DNA of 64,000 nucleotides from Callorhinchus milii (GCF_018977255.1 NW_024704743.1:10108001-10172000), one strand, 5' to 3'. Positions 11,955 to 24,064 are shown, numbered from the stretch's first letter. Numbers and translations are program-made. The notes: generated by a model from the letters alone, not told the origin.

Positions 11955-12270
11955 AGGAATCCTGTAGCTCAGTGGTTAGAACACTTGTCTGCAAGTAAGA
12001 GACCTGGGTTCGATTGCAGGCAGGGTAAAATCTTGGGCAAGTTTCCTTACTCCACATGCTTGATAATAATCCCTCAAGAAAAAAAATCGATTATCATTTG
12101 GTCGCTCAATCCATGACTGTTTGTGCAACACTGCTGTGCACAATTGGCTGCCACGTTTCACCCACAAATATACAGTTAATTCACTTTACAGTATATTCTG
12201 TGAAGCGTTTTGAGATGTCTAGAAGACATGAAAGGCGCTATATCAAATGCAAGGATTATTATTATTTATT
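11955..12270 (+). mobile_element. tRNA-SINE, short form (TAGAA-loop tail)
   Basis: A/B boxes, core and tail gagatgtctagaagacatgaaaggcgc...(ATT)n. Confidence 0.93.
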
Positions 12271-12504
12271 ATAATATGTTTAAAAAAAATTTTGCGTGTC
12301 CAATTTTTTTTACTCATTTTCTCTCCACTGGCTCGCATCTCTGCCTCTGGTCTGGCTACCTTTGGTTGGGGGTACAGTCCCATGAGAGTCGGTTATCCTC
12401 TGCCCAAATGGCCATTGTTCATGGATGACACTTGACTTGTCATTAGGCTACCTAGGCAACTGTTGAGAAAGTTACTCATGTGGATTTGAATAATGTGGAG
12501 TATA

Positions 12505-12822
12505 ACCACATGCAGACACCTATCAGCCTTCTTTAGAGGATGCAAACCAAACTGAGAGTTCCATGCATCCCACCAATGTAATGGAGTGGAATGTGCACTA
12601 TCTCCCTGGAGGGACGCATCCTGCTTACCCTGCTTACAGTTCAAAAACCAAGGCTTGGGACCCCAGAGTGGGCACTGGGGTACTGCTGGAGCCTAACCAG
12701 CTAAAATCGCAGCAGGGAAGCTTGCCATTGAAAGCTTCCCTGTCATGCTAGGACACCCTATCTGTTAAGGCTTTGGCTTACAGGGTTAACAGATGCTGAG
12801 TAGAAAGAATCCCTGCCTCAAT
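12505..12822 (+). repeat. Unclassified structured repeat, copy
   Basis: Colinear with 23350-23700 and with the reverse complement of 56750-57080. Confidence 0.8.
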
Positions 12823-12840
12823 GATTTGTCCACATTTGAT

Positions 12841-13050
12841 CCTTGTTTGTCCATTGATATCCTTGGTCTCTCTATTTCATCTGACATCAAGTGGAATTCT
12901 CACATGTCCTGCCTTGTTATATCAGATTCCAAGAAGCTTGCATGGTTACCTCTTTCATGTTGAACACTTCCATTCCCTCAACAAGTCCTAAGTCTTATTG
13001 AACGCAGACTTTGTCCGAGACTCAAATTTAACTCCTCTATGTGGTGGAGA
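12841..13050 (+). mobile_element. Degenerate RT C-terminal fragment of an invertebrate-type CR1-group (Zenon-like) LINE
   Basis: Hand translation with frameshifts: IDILGLSISSDIKWNSHMSCLVISDSKKL/GYLFHVEHF/FPQQVLSL/CPRLKFNSSMW. Confidence 0.55.
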
Positions 13051-13342
13051 TTCAAGAACTTAGGAAAACCGAAGGAGGTTGAGAGCTGTGCAGAAAATTG
13101 CAGTGCATGTCATGGCATTATGGCCCCAACTGTTTAAAGTTTTCTTCCTTTCCCTACCCTAGAATGGGCTTCCAGTTAGTTGTATGAAACACTTAAAGAC
13201 GGATTCCCAATATGAAAGGTGCTATATAAATATAAGTTGTTATGTTCCTGTGTTGAGTAGCATTGAGAACATTGACCTCTGCCCCTAATTCCTCTTCCAC
13301 TCTCCAGTTTGAGAGCTAGAAAGGATTAGATTGATAGAATGT

Positions 13343-13383
13343 GGGATGGGGGGGGGGGGGGGGGGGGTGTGGGGTGTGGGGGG
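13343..13383 (+). repeat. Poly-G (G20) / G-rich tract
   Basis: GGGAT-G20-TGT-GGGG-TGT-GGGGGG seen directly. Confidence 0.9.
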
Positions 13384-13649
13384 TCTCCAAAACCTTTGCT
13401 CTCTCCAATCTATTGATAACACTGTCCAGAATTAAATAATCAGGGCACAGCCCTTTGGGGAGAAAGTGCGCATCCCATTGTAAGATCATGCGTATGTGAA
13501 ACGCTCAGTCTGGTTTGGATACACTTAACCAAGGCAATGATTTTTGTGTACATCAAACATCCTTCAGTCCAAATAAAAATCTCACCAAAGGGAAGTGAAA
13601 AGACTCATTTAGGCTTTGACTTTTTGAGTGGGAAGAATCTCTTTACCCA

Positions 13650-14205
13650 ATAACAACAACAAATTAGAATTGTATAGCACCTTTCACATCATGAAAATGA
13701 TCTAAAGTGCTGCACAGTGAAGGATATAGCGGGAGTTAATGATAATAATAATAATCCTTGCACTTGATATAGTGCTTTTCACGTCTTCTAAACGTCTCAA
13801 AGCACTTCACAGAATATGCTCTAAAGTGAATTGACTATATTTATGGGCGAAACACGGCAGCCAATTGTGCACAGCAGTGTCCCACAAACAGTTATGGATT
13901 GAAAATGACCAATTTATTATTGCTTTATTTTGGAGGGATTATTATTAGGCGTGTGGAGTAAGGAGACTTGCCCAAGGTTTAGCCCTGCCTGGAATTGAAC
14001 CCAGGTGTCTCGCTTGCAAGGCGAGCGCTCTAACCACTGAGCTACAGGACTCCACATCCGGATCAGGAGGGATGGAGGGCTAAGAGGGTGGAAGTAGAAA
14101 GGTTACCAAAAGCACAGCCGAAGAGGAAGGTCTTGAAACAGGCTTTGAAGGAGGCAAGGGAGGGGTCAAGGCAAGGAAACTGGGATGGAGTTTCAAAGGG
14201 TGGGG
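13650..14205 (-). mobile_element. L2 3' end, split by SINE 13738-14056
   Basis: (AAC)n tail at 13650; the purine-rich L2 3' region gaagaggaaggtcttgaaacagg resumes after the SINE. Confidence 0.7.
13738..14056 (-). mobile_element. tRNA-SINE, short form
   Basis: Reverse complement of the full head, core and tail; close to 25221-25534. Confidence 0.95.
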
Positions 14206-14969
14206 CCCCCAGTGACCGATTTTCCTCTCCAAGTACTGCCGAAAAGCCATTCTCATTAGTCTGTCATCATCACTGCCTTGGAGTACTCTATGATTCCGAA
14301 ACCAGGCTACTGAGACTGCCACAAAGTATTGACTTGATTATGTTGCATATCTGGCACGTCACCTTGTAGCAAGGAGATCAGGTTTACCTCCCCCTAAGGA
14401 ATATATGTAAACAATAGAGTAATGTTCATTGCACAAAATGATTCACCTCAAAATGATATGTTAAATTTATAAAAGAAAACCACATCAAAAAAGAATCCCC
14501 TCCACAGATGAAAGGGATTATCATTCTACTTTTAAATCTTATAATTAATTTTCATAAATACTTTTTGCTTCCTGCCTATGAATATTTGTTCAGAATGCAA
14601 CCTTTGATCATATAGATCCTGGAATGAACTGGGAGAACTTAGCATAGCATTTGCACCTTTTCAATAAAAATCGTGCAGAATGGATTTGATTTAGCCACAA
14701 CCTGTGTTTATCCAGTGGATTTTGCTTTTGTCAGATGTGGTTAAGACCCTGGATTCAGCAGTCTGCTTTTAAAACTTGGTGTATATTGGTGTATGTATAG
14801 TGGAACACCGTATTTTCTGATTGGCTGCAATAATCATAGTTTTCAAAACGTTTGTGATTTACAAAATATTAAATGCACTTTTAGGAGGGAAATTGATCTT
14901 TTACTAACTGTGCCTGATACTTTTTTGCAAATAAAATTTTAGTCTAACATCATATCATGTTAACCTTAA

Positions 14970-15342
14970 ATAATAAATAATCCTTGCATTGGATATAGCT
15001 CCTTATCACATCATTGAGGCGTCTCAAAGCACTTCACAGAATACACTGTAAAATGAGTTGATTGTACATTTGTGGGTGAAATGCAGCAGCCAATTGTGCA
15101 CAGCAGTATCCCACAAACAGTTGGAAATTGAGTGACTTAATTATTATTTATTTATTTTTATGGGATTCTTATTAGCCCCAGAAAGCAATCCACCAATCGA
15201 CTAACAACTGGGTTCCTACTTACTGCTAGATAAACAGAGACAGATGGAGTAAGGAAACTTGCCTAAGATTTCGCCCCACCCAGGAATCGAACCCGGATCC
15301 TCTCGCTTGCAAGGCTCTTACCACTTCACTACAAGACTCCGC
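14970..15342 (-). mobile_element. tRNA-SINE, long form
   Basis: Carries the extra ~60 bp segment (reverse complement tctgtttatctagcagtaagtaggaacccagttgttagtcgattgg). Confidence 0.9.
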
Positions 15343-15539
15343 ACTTCAAAGTAAATTTAATGCAATTTTTTACATCCAGATGTTGAATGAATCCTTTTAG
15401 CTTTAAGTGGCGTATTGAATGTAAACAGGAACAACATCTGTGGCCAAGCTTTCAATCACAATGCACCTGTTCTCTGAAACACCCTCAAAAATCCCTTCAC
15501 TTTTCTGCTACTCTCCCAGCCTTCAAAATCCCTCTTAAA

Positions 15540-15878
15540 AGTTATAAGTATTTCAGGACATCTCAAAAGGCTTCACAGGATTCACTGTAAAGCGTAGTGA
15601 CTGTGTACTTAAAGTGATCTCGACAGACAATGAGTGCACCATATAGTTCCATAAACAGGAGTGAAGTGAATGATGATATTTTTTCTGTGTGATTGTTGGC
15701 CAGGATACAGGATAAATGGTTTTATAATAGTGCCATAGGATCTTCAACGTCCACCTGAACAAGCAGATGGGACTGTATTGGCAAGTTAGCCAAGACAAGT
15801 TCAATATCCCAACGTGTGGTTTGAATCCACTTCTAACTGCGGGGCAAGAGTGCCTCCAACCAGGTCAGGCTGACACCT
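15540..15878 (-). mobile_element. Deu-domain SINE
   Basis: tgttggccaggatac...tagtgccataggatcttcaacgtccacctgaacaagcagatggg (Deu core, reverse complement). Confidence 0.7.
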
Positions 15879-16664
15879 AAACCAGGGATAATTAGGAAAT
15901 TGAATTCATTTTTAAATAATGCGATTGTGACCCCATTTCAGACATAATATCCAGTGTATCAATTTCTTCTTATTGAATCATAGAATCATAGAAAATTTTT
16001 ATAACTAGAGGCTGAGACTTGTAATGACAATGATAATAATAACCTTTGCATTTAATTTAGTGCCTTATCAAACATCTCAAAGCCCTATATAGGATTGTAC
16101 TGCAAAGACCAGTGACTATGTATCTGTGGACCCATTCTTCAGTTTGAGAGCATCTATGGAAAATTACACTACATTTTGCATTGACGTATCCCTGGGTTGG
16201 CGAAAGAATGTTGTTTTCACGTTTTACCATTTGCCAATCACAGAGCTGCTGTGGAGATGCCTATATCCTTAACAGCCTCCGCTCCCAGGTGAGAACAGTT
16301 ACGTGGAGACGAGAGGCCATGTGTGAGGAAAAAGGGGGAAAACCTTTGTAGAACAATGGGAACGAGCAGAAATAACAGCTCCAGTGGTTTGTTAGCATTA
16401 CCAAGAATCAAGGTCACACAGAGTCTTTGTTACACATTCCCAGACATACAATACCCTATATACTCTACTGTCCAATTCAATTTGAATTTTTAAATAATAA
16501 GATTGTTAGCTTCTTGGTTCACTTTATTGGCCGCTATCTTACTCATGATAAATTTTAGAGAATTTAATGCTGATTTTTGGCCAGTTGGAAGTCTGTTGCT
16601 CACCAAAAAAAGTTTAACAACTGCCAGATAATATTAACTTAACCATTGAAATATGCTTTCAGGT

Positions 16665-17142
16665 CCTTCCCAGATGACTCAGTAAGTAAGTTCACTATCC
16701 AGTGAATGATTGGACCATGTAAACAGGAAGATCCTAAGTTTAATTCTTCTACTTTACTGTGAGACCATAACTAAAGAACATATCTATAAAGATAGCCAGT
16801 AGTGGATCTAACAGGGAGTTTAGGAGGAACTTCTTCACGCAAAGGCAAGTGAAAAGTGGTTGAAGCAAATAGCATCAATGTATTTAAGAGTAAATTTGAA
16901 GCATACAATACAAAATTTATATTTATAGGGCACCTTTCACATTGGGAGGACATCCCAAAGTACTTAACAACATTGGCTTAGCACACCATTAGGGGGAAAG
17001 GGAAAAGAGGGGTATAAGAGAGAGGAATAGGAGGAGTGGGGATGTGTGGAGTATCAACGCCAGTGTGGCCTGGTTGTCCAGATAGCCTGTTGTATCTGGC
17101 CAACCAGCCAACCTCTCTGTGTACAGAGTTAGCTGGTCTCAA
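16665..17142 (+). mobile_element. LF-SINE-like head split by a CR1 3' remnant (16790-17095) that itself contains an L2 tail
   Basis: gatgactcagtaagtaa...aacaggaagatcctaagttt, then cagagttagctggtctc after the CR1 piece; family assignment is from memory. Confidence 0.4.
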
Positions 17143-18059
17143 TGCCATTGTCAGGTACTCATTCCTTTCTTATTAAGACAGAAGATTCCAAAACGATTTC
17201 CTGTTGAATCATTTGCAACACAATTGATGCAACAATTTGAAAGAGCACAAAGCCAGAGCATTTTTTTTCACACAAAATAAATAATTTCATACTTCCACTA
17301 GCAAACAAACAAATATTCTGCTGGTGATTTATGTGTGACACTGCTGTCCATTTATTTTTAAATATCTGCTGTGTCTCACTCCATTCCACTCAACTCTCCA
17401 TTCGCTCAGCCAACTCCGATCTCTTGCATGTCCCTTGATCCTTTAAGTGCTCTGAGACTCTATACCACGTGAAGGGTGCTATATAACTACAAGTTGTTGT
17501 TGTTGGTGTCTCCACACAGGAGCATGCACAGTGCAGGGTGATAATGGTCTCTGAAAAGTACAGCAGATAGGGTCTGTGCAACACAAGAAGAACACTACTA
17601 AATCACTGCTGGACTCATGAACCTGCTGCAGCTTTTATTAAGAGGTGGAATGTTTTTCTAATTATTCCATTGATATCCATTTCAGCACTATTGTAAAAGC
17701 TTACTAATGTGCCTCTGTCCAGCTGCGTCTTGAACAGCATTTGGCAAATCAAGATCGAGTCTTTGGGGAGACGTTGAAGCACAAATATGTGAACGTTTTT
17801 GCGGAAAACATTTGGAAATAATAATATACTTTTTCTCATCACTGGTGTCTCACATTACGGTCTGACAACAACGTCTGAAAATGGTCTTTTGAGACCGTGC
17901 CTGAAGGTGGGAAAGTAAACTCCCCTTTCTTTTCCATCAGTGTCCAACCCAACCATTGCGCAGTATTCAAGATGTTATCTTGCGAAGGAGGCTATATAAA
18001 TGCAAGTTATTTGTTACTATAACTAATACATATATTCAATGGATGAAAAACTGGAAGGA

Positions 18060-18378
18060 AATAATGATAATTATAAACTTTGCATTTGATGTATGCCTTA
18101 TCATGTCATTCAGATGTCTCATTGTGCTGTACAGGAAGACAGTTTACATACATCAATGTTCCATTCTAAACAGCCATGAGGTGTATGATCGGTGTATGAT
18201 CGATTTCATCTGGGGGATTGTTGGCCAGAACGTAGGGTGAAATTCCATTCTCATTTCAAAAAGTACCATGAGATCTTTAACATCCACCTGAACAGGCAGA
18301 CAGGACCTTAATTTAATGCCTCATCTAAAGGACTGCACCTCTGACAATGCAGTGCTCCCCCAGCACTGGACTGAATAA
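18060..18378 (-). mobile_element. Deu-domain SINE
   Basis: gggattgttggccag...gagatctttaacatccacctgaacaggcagacaggacct...gcacctctgacaatgcagtgctcccc. Confidence 0.75.
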
Positions 18379-18882
18379 GGTACAATTGTGTATATCTTAT
18401 TGTGTGCTGTATAAGGTACATGTTTCAGGTAGTAATGTCTGAATAATTGGAAAAGGATGTACTTTACATGTACTTTCCTAAGTACAATCACACTGTACTA
18501 CTGTAAAGTGTACAATATATGGAAATGTCTATACTGCACACAATAAGCCCATAACAGTCTTAAAAGTTACATTCTTTATCAGAGAATTGTGAAATCTCAG
18601 TTTTAATAATCCTTGCATTTAATATAGTGTCTTATCACATCAGTGAGCCATCTCAAAGCGCTTCACGTATTCTACTGTATTTACTGTACGTATTTATAGG
18701 CAAACAGTTGCAGATGTTGCAGGCATTTTTCAGTCAATCCTCTTTGATGGGTTCAGTAGTCAGCTTGCTGAGCCAGGTGGGTATGCAGAACTCCAGCGGT
18801 TGGATAGATAGTCCCAGTTGGACAAACAACAGGAAGTTTGTCAAATATTGCTCACAATGGAGAGCTATACAGTGTCAGACAG

Positions 18883-19150
18883 TTAAATTCAAGAAGTACC
18901 CCAATGCGCACTGTGGAGTCCCCAAGCCTTGGTTGTTGCCAACCTTCGAGTACCACTCCCTGGAATTATGTAAGTAGGATGCACCTCTCCAGGGAGAGAG
19001 TATATATTCCATTATAGACACAGAGAAAGTTTTACGTGTAGTTGGCAAACATGTGTGGAATTCTCAGTCTGTTTTGACACTCTTAAGCATGGTGATGGGT
19101 TTCTGCATGCGTCAGACACCCGGCTGACCATAAAAATGCTAAAATAGGAA
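18883..19150 (-). repeat. Unclassified structured repeat, copy
   Basis: cttaagcatggtgatgggtttctgcatgcgtcagacacccggctgacc followed by an A-rich run; matches 57020-57078. Confidence 0.8.
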
Positions 19151-19654
19151 TACCCTCTGGTCCCAGAATATTTCTGAGATGCGATATGGCAGTACTCACT
19201 GGTGTGTCCACAATTGGCTGCCACATTTCTCCCACAAAATACACAGTCAATTTACTTTACATTGTACCCTGTGAAGCGCTTTGAGATGTCTTGATGACAT
19301 GATAAGGCGCTATATCAAATACAAGGATTATTATTATTATTGATATGTCAATTATTGACTGTAGTGGAAATTGCACGATGCTGGAACTCCACAGGTTTAT
19401 TGCCAGTGGTAACCTGTTACTTGCTGCTGTGAGGAAAATCCAGATTATTACCATGGTAGTCTTTAATTTTCTCATATTTCCATACCAAAGATTTACAAAT
19501 AATAATAATCCTTACATATATCATTTTCAGAGCACTTCAATACTGTAAGGTTCAATGACTATGCATTTTGTAGGTGAATGTGGCAGCAAATTTACACACA
19601 GCAATGTCTCCCAAACAGTCATTAAATGAATGACCAATTGTATCTGGGCGATTT

Positions 19655-19968
19655 GTAGAGTTCTGTAGCGTAGTGTAATGCGCTCGCAGGACACAGGTTT
19701 GATTCCCAGGCAGAGAAATCTTAAGTAGGTTTCCTTACTCCGCACGCCTCTGTTTACCCAGCAATGAATAGGAATCCAATTGTTAGTCGATTGGCGGATT
19801 GCTTTCTGGGGGGAATACTCACTTAAAAAAAATTGGGTCACTCAATCCACGACTGTTTGTGGGACACTACTGAATGCAATTGGCTACCACGTTTCACCCA
19901 CAAAATACACCGTCACTTCATTTTACGTAATAAGCTGCAATTTCAAATGCAGGGATTATTATTATTGT
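19655..19968 (+). mobile_element. tRNA-SINE, long form, nested in a minus-strand Deu SINE (19500-20100)
   Basis: gcctctgtttacccagcaatgaataggaatccaattgttagtcgattggcgg segment; the host SINE's tail lies to the left and its head to the right. Confidence 0.85.
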
Positions 19969-21600
19969 GGTTGACCTGCACCCCCAGTAAAGCATTGGAG
20001 TGTCAATCTAGATTATATTGTTTCAAAGTCCTGATGGTGGGATTTGAACTCACAACGTTATGACCCAGAGGCGAGACTTCTACCAATTGAGCCAGCCTCA
20101 GCACACCACCACTGAACTGGCAAAATGATATGTGGGTGGACAGACTCTGTAAGCAAACATCTATTGTTAAAATAACTATTTGACTGACATTTAGAGAATA
20201 GAGTGGTGAGTAAAGCAGGGAGTAAGTTGGGGAATAGAACATACTGTATAGAATATACTGTAAAGTGAATTGATTGTATATTTTGTGGGCGAGTAGAACA
20301 GGGAGTAACATGGGGATAGAGCGGTGACAGAGTGCAAAGTAGAGTGGTGAGTTCTGAGCCTAGGTTGAAAACAAGCACCTGATGAAAGGGCTTTTTTTCA
20401 GAAAACACTAATAGATGTCAAACCTTTGACTAAACCATTGTCCACACAAAACATCACTTGCATGTAAACCAGGCTGCCAGGACAATTTATCCCCTTTTGG
20501 GCAGCCAGATTTAAACCAGGTGTAAATGGGGTCAATGCTCTCAGTGAGGTAGGTGGCAAAGAAAGTGAAAGAGGAATTGGAAAATTAACCAGAAGCCGTG
20601 CACAGACAGAAGAAAACAAGAATTTGCACTATAGTCAAATAAATAATAAGTAAAGTGGAGTTCGTACATCAGCCAATTTTCACAAGTCAAAAAGTTAAAA
20701 GGCATGAGAAACTAGCATCAATAATTGCTTGTTAATCATTGTATCAGCTCTATCTGTAAAACAGTAACTTGTTGAAATTAAATCGCAGAAGAATAAGTTA
20801 CTAGTTTAAACTTGTTCCTCTTCACTTCCTTGCTGAACAATGACTGCTGCCATATGAACATATGACATTTGCTCTGAGCTGAATTGCACAAGATCTGCTG
20901 ATTCTTCTGCTAAATGTGACATGAATTGCAAAAGCTGTTTTTTTACATGCTGTTGCTTGACTCCAGTACTCTTTCCACAGTTCCACACACCCTGGCCTCT
21001 GCCACAGCTGTCTGTCTGGTCTCTGGTCTGAACCAATTAGGGATCAGTGAATAGAGCAAATCAATTGTTCATTCAGAATGCGTTTCTGCTGCACTCAGGT
21101 GTGTTGGTAGCTAACTTGTGCTGGAAGGCATGAAAGTGGAATGGTTATAGTTGATTTTCCTTAGGCAGATGAGAGAGGAGAGGGGAGGAAAGCTGGCAAA
21201 AAAAATTACGCTGCTAAAAAAAGGGAATGATCCTGAGGTGAGGTTATATCACATGTACTGTATGTAGTGTGGATTATCTAATGCGAGGATTATTACCCTT
21301 ATTATTTCTGGATGCGAATGAGTGATACTATTTTCATGATGTTATTACCATGGGATACAATGTGGGTGCAAAGCTTTAAAAGGAGAGATTCATGGTTTAT
21401 TTGTACTACATTGAACCAAAAACAACAAAATTTATGTAGTGCCCCTCAGTCGGGGTAGAGCGTTTAACGGTAGTGGAGCCTGACAAGGGGCTGGGGGAAA
21501 GTGACCATAACCTGAGTCAATGAGGAAGGTCTTCAGGCATGATCTTGAAAATAGGAAAGGAAGAGGCAAGGTTGAGGGATTAAGAAAGAGAGTTCAAAAG

Positions 21601-22203
21601 TAGGGAAGTCTTACTGCAATCGTATAGGGCCTTGGTGAGACCCCACCTGGAATATTGTGTGCAGTTTTGGACTCTTTATCTAAGAAAGAGTATACTCGTC
21701 TTAGAGGGGGTGCAGTGTAGGTTCACTAGGTTGGTCCTGGCATGAGGGGGTTGCCCTACGAGGAGAGGTTGAGTAGACTAGGCCTATATTCTCTAGATTA
21801 TAGAAGAATTAGAGGTGATCTTATAGAAACCTATAAGATTCTTAAAGGTCTTGACAGGGTAGATAGAATGAGACTATTTCTCCTGTTTGGAGAATCTAAA
21901 ACTAGGGGTCATAGTCTCAGGATTAAAGATCAGCCCTTTAGAACTGAGTTGAGAAAACATTTCTTCACTCAGAGGGTAGTAAATTGATGGACTTCTCCAC
22001 CCCAGAAGGCTGTAGATGCTCAGTCATTAAATATATTCAAGACTGAGATCGATAGACTTTTAAAAACTAAAGGGATTAAGGAATTATGGGGATAGGGCAG
22101 GTAAATAGAATTTGATTAGAAGATCAACCATGATCTTATTAAATGGTAGGGCGGGCTTGAGGGGCCGAATGACCTACTCCTGCTCCTATTTCTTATGTTC
22201 TTA
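21601..22203 (+). mobile_element. 5'-truncated, relatively young CR1 3' end
   Basis: ORF 21742..21987 GLPYEERLSRLGLYSL..RRIRGDLIETYKIL...TRGHSL...FFTQRVVN; tail tttcttatgttctt. Confidence 0.95.
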
Positions 22204-23321
22204 AACGCTATTGTTTAGCTGTTGCAGATAACTATCAGAGAAACCTCATAAATGCTCATAAGTCTGTACTGACTTCAGAGCAGCACAGGTACACCTAGAC
22301 CTCACTCAGCTCTGTGCCAAGGGTTCTCGACATGTGACACCAGTCTCCAACTTGGTTGAGTGCTGTTTTCACAGTGACTGCAATACCAGGGATACCTAGC
22401 ACACAAGCATTTGATTTAGTTTCACAAATTGTATGCATATTCCCTGCAGCTACTATGCAGGCACTGGAGCCATCCAGCAGTGCTACTGGAGGACCACATA
22501 TTAACACTGCCACAATTAGTGAGGTAAGCATTTCTTCACACGTAGAGCTGTGAAGATGTGAGACACTCTATCTCAGAAAGCTATAGAGGTAGAATCAATA
22601 GGGCCATTTAAAGGAGAGATAGACATATAAATATTCAGATAATAGAGATATTAGGGGTTATGGTGAAAGGGCATTGGGATGAAAAGATCTGCCAAAATCA
22701 AATAAACTGGTGGAACAGGCTTGAAGGGCTGAATGGCCTCCTGTTTTCCTATTTTCCAGAAATGTACAACACAAGAGACATCCATAACATAATACAACTA
22801 TTTACATTTATATAGTGCCCTTCATGTAAGATCATGTCTTGGGGTGCTTCACAAATATAATAATAATCCTTGCATTTGATAAAGCGCCTTTTCACTTTGT
22901 TGAGATGTCTCAAAGCACTACACTGGATATACTGTAAAGTGGATTAACTGTATATTTTGTGGGTAAAATACAGCCCACAAACAGCCATGGAGTGAGTGAC
23001 TTATTTTATTTGGGGGATTATTGGCCAGGACACTGGAAGAAACTTCCAGATGGGATTGGACACTGAGCAAAGGAGGAGGAGGATGGAGAGAAAAGGAAGA
23101 GGTGACTGTAGGTGCAGTTGAAGAAGCAGGTTTTAAAGCAAGACTTAAAGTCAAATAAAGAGGGGGTAAGGAAGAGGTGTAGAGGGCGGGAGTTCCAGAG
23201 GTTAGAGAATAGAATCTGGAGGCTCAACCACCGATGGTGGAGGAGAAATGCCAGAGAACATGCAGCAAGCAATGAATTAGCCAAGCAGAGGACTGTGTAG
23301 GAGAAGAATCAGAGAGATAAT

Positions 23322-23795
23322 ATTTTTGTTTGGACAGCTGGGTGTCTGACACATGCTGAAACCCATTACCATGCTTAAGAATATCCAAACCAAGCTCAAA
23401 TTTCCATGCATCCCACCTACACAAGGAAAATCCTGAGATAGATTGTTGGAATGGAATGCACACTTTGTTTACCCAATTCCAAAAAGTATTGGGTGAAGGT
23501 TAGCGAGGGCTAAAGCTTGGGGACCCCAGAGTATGCATTGGGGTTCTACTGGAGTTTAACCAGCTAAAACCACGTAGCTTGCCATTGATATTGCTGTCTG
23601 GCAAGCTTTCCCGCTGCTTGTCTAGCTAGGACCAGCCTACCCATTAAGGCTTTGGCTTGCAGGGTTAACAGGAGCTGAGTGGGATGACTCCCTGCCTCCA
23701 TTGACTGGTCTGCCCTTTCAGGACCTGCCAATGAGCCAGTGCTGCCATCAGCAGTGCCCTGGAATGCTGCAGATCTGCCTGGAACTGGGTACCGA
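23322..23795 (+). repeat. Unclassified structured repeat, longest copy
   Basis: Starts after a T-run at ggacagctgggtgtctgacacatgc; contains hairpins ACCCCAG..TTGGGGT and AGCTTGCCA..TGGCAAGCT. Strand is a convention only. Confidence 0.8.
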
Positions 23796-24064
23796 GACCG
23801 CCACAGAGAAATAATACATAATGTGGGAATATTGCTCTGGAGCAAGTCGCAATGGAGTGCAATTTGCGCAGGTCGGTATCAGACCTTTCTTATTATCAGA
23901 GATGCTGATTTGTTCAACTTTGCATTCCTTGTGAAGGAATCCTGTTAAGAAATATCGAAAGATACACCCTGTTTACTTACTAAAAGAATTGTGCTCACAA
24001 TTAAATTATCAGTTCACAGGCAGGTAAAGCACAATTCACATAATGAATCCAATATAAATAATAT

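Noticed and set aside
14225..14335. DIRS-like RT/RNase H peptide CLGVLYDSETRLLRLPQ
   Set aside because: The resemblance is too short and has no flanking motifs; it would need an HMM search.
20195..20355. CRISPR-like or regular tandem array (agagtggtgag / cagggagtaa units)
   Set aside because: Only a few degenerate, irregularly spaced units interrupted by a SINE fragment, in vertebrate DNA with no cas genes.
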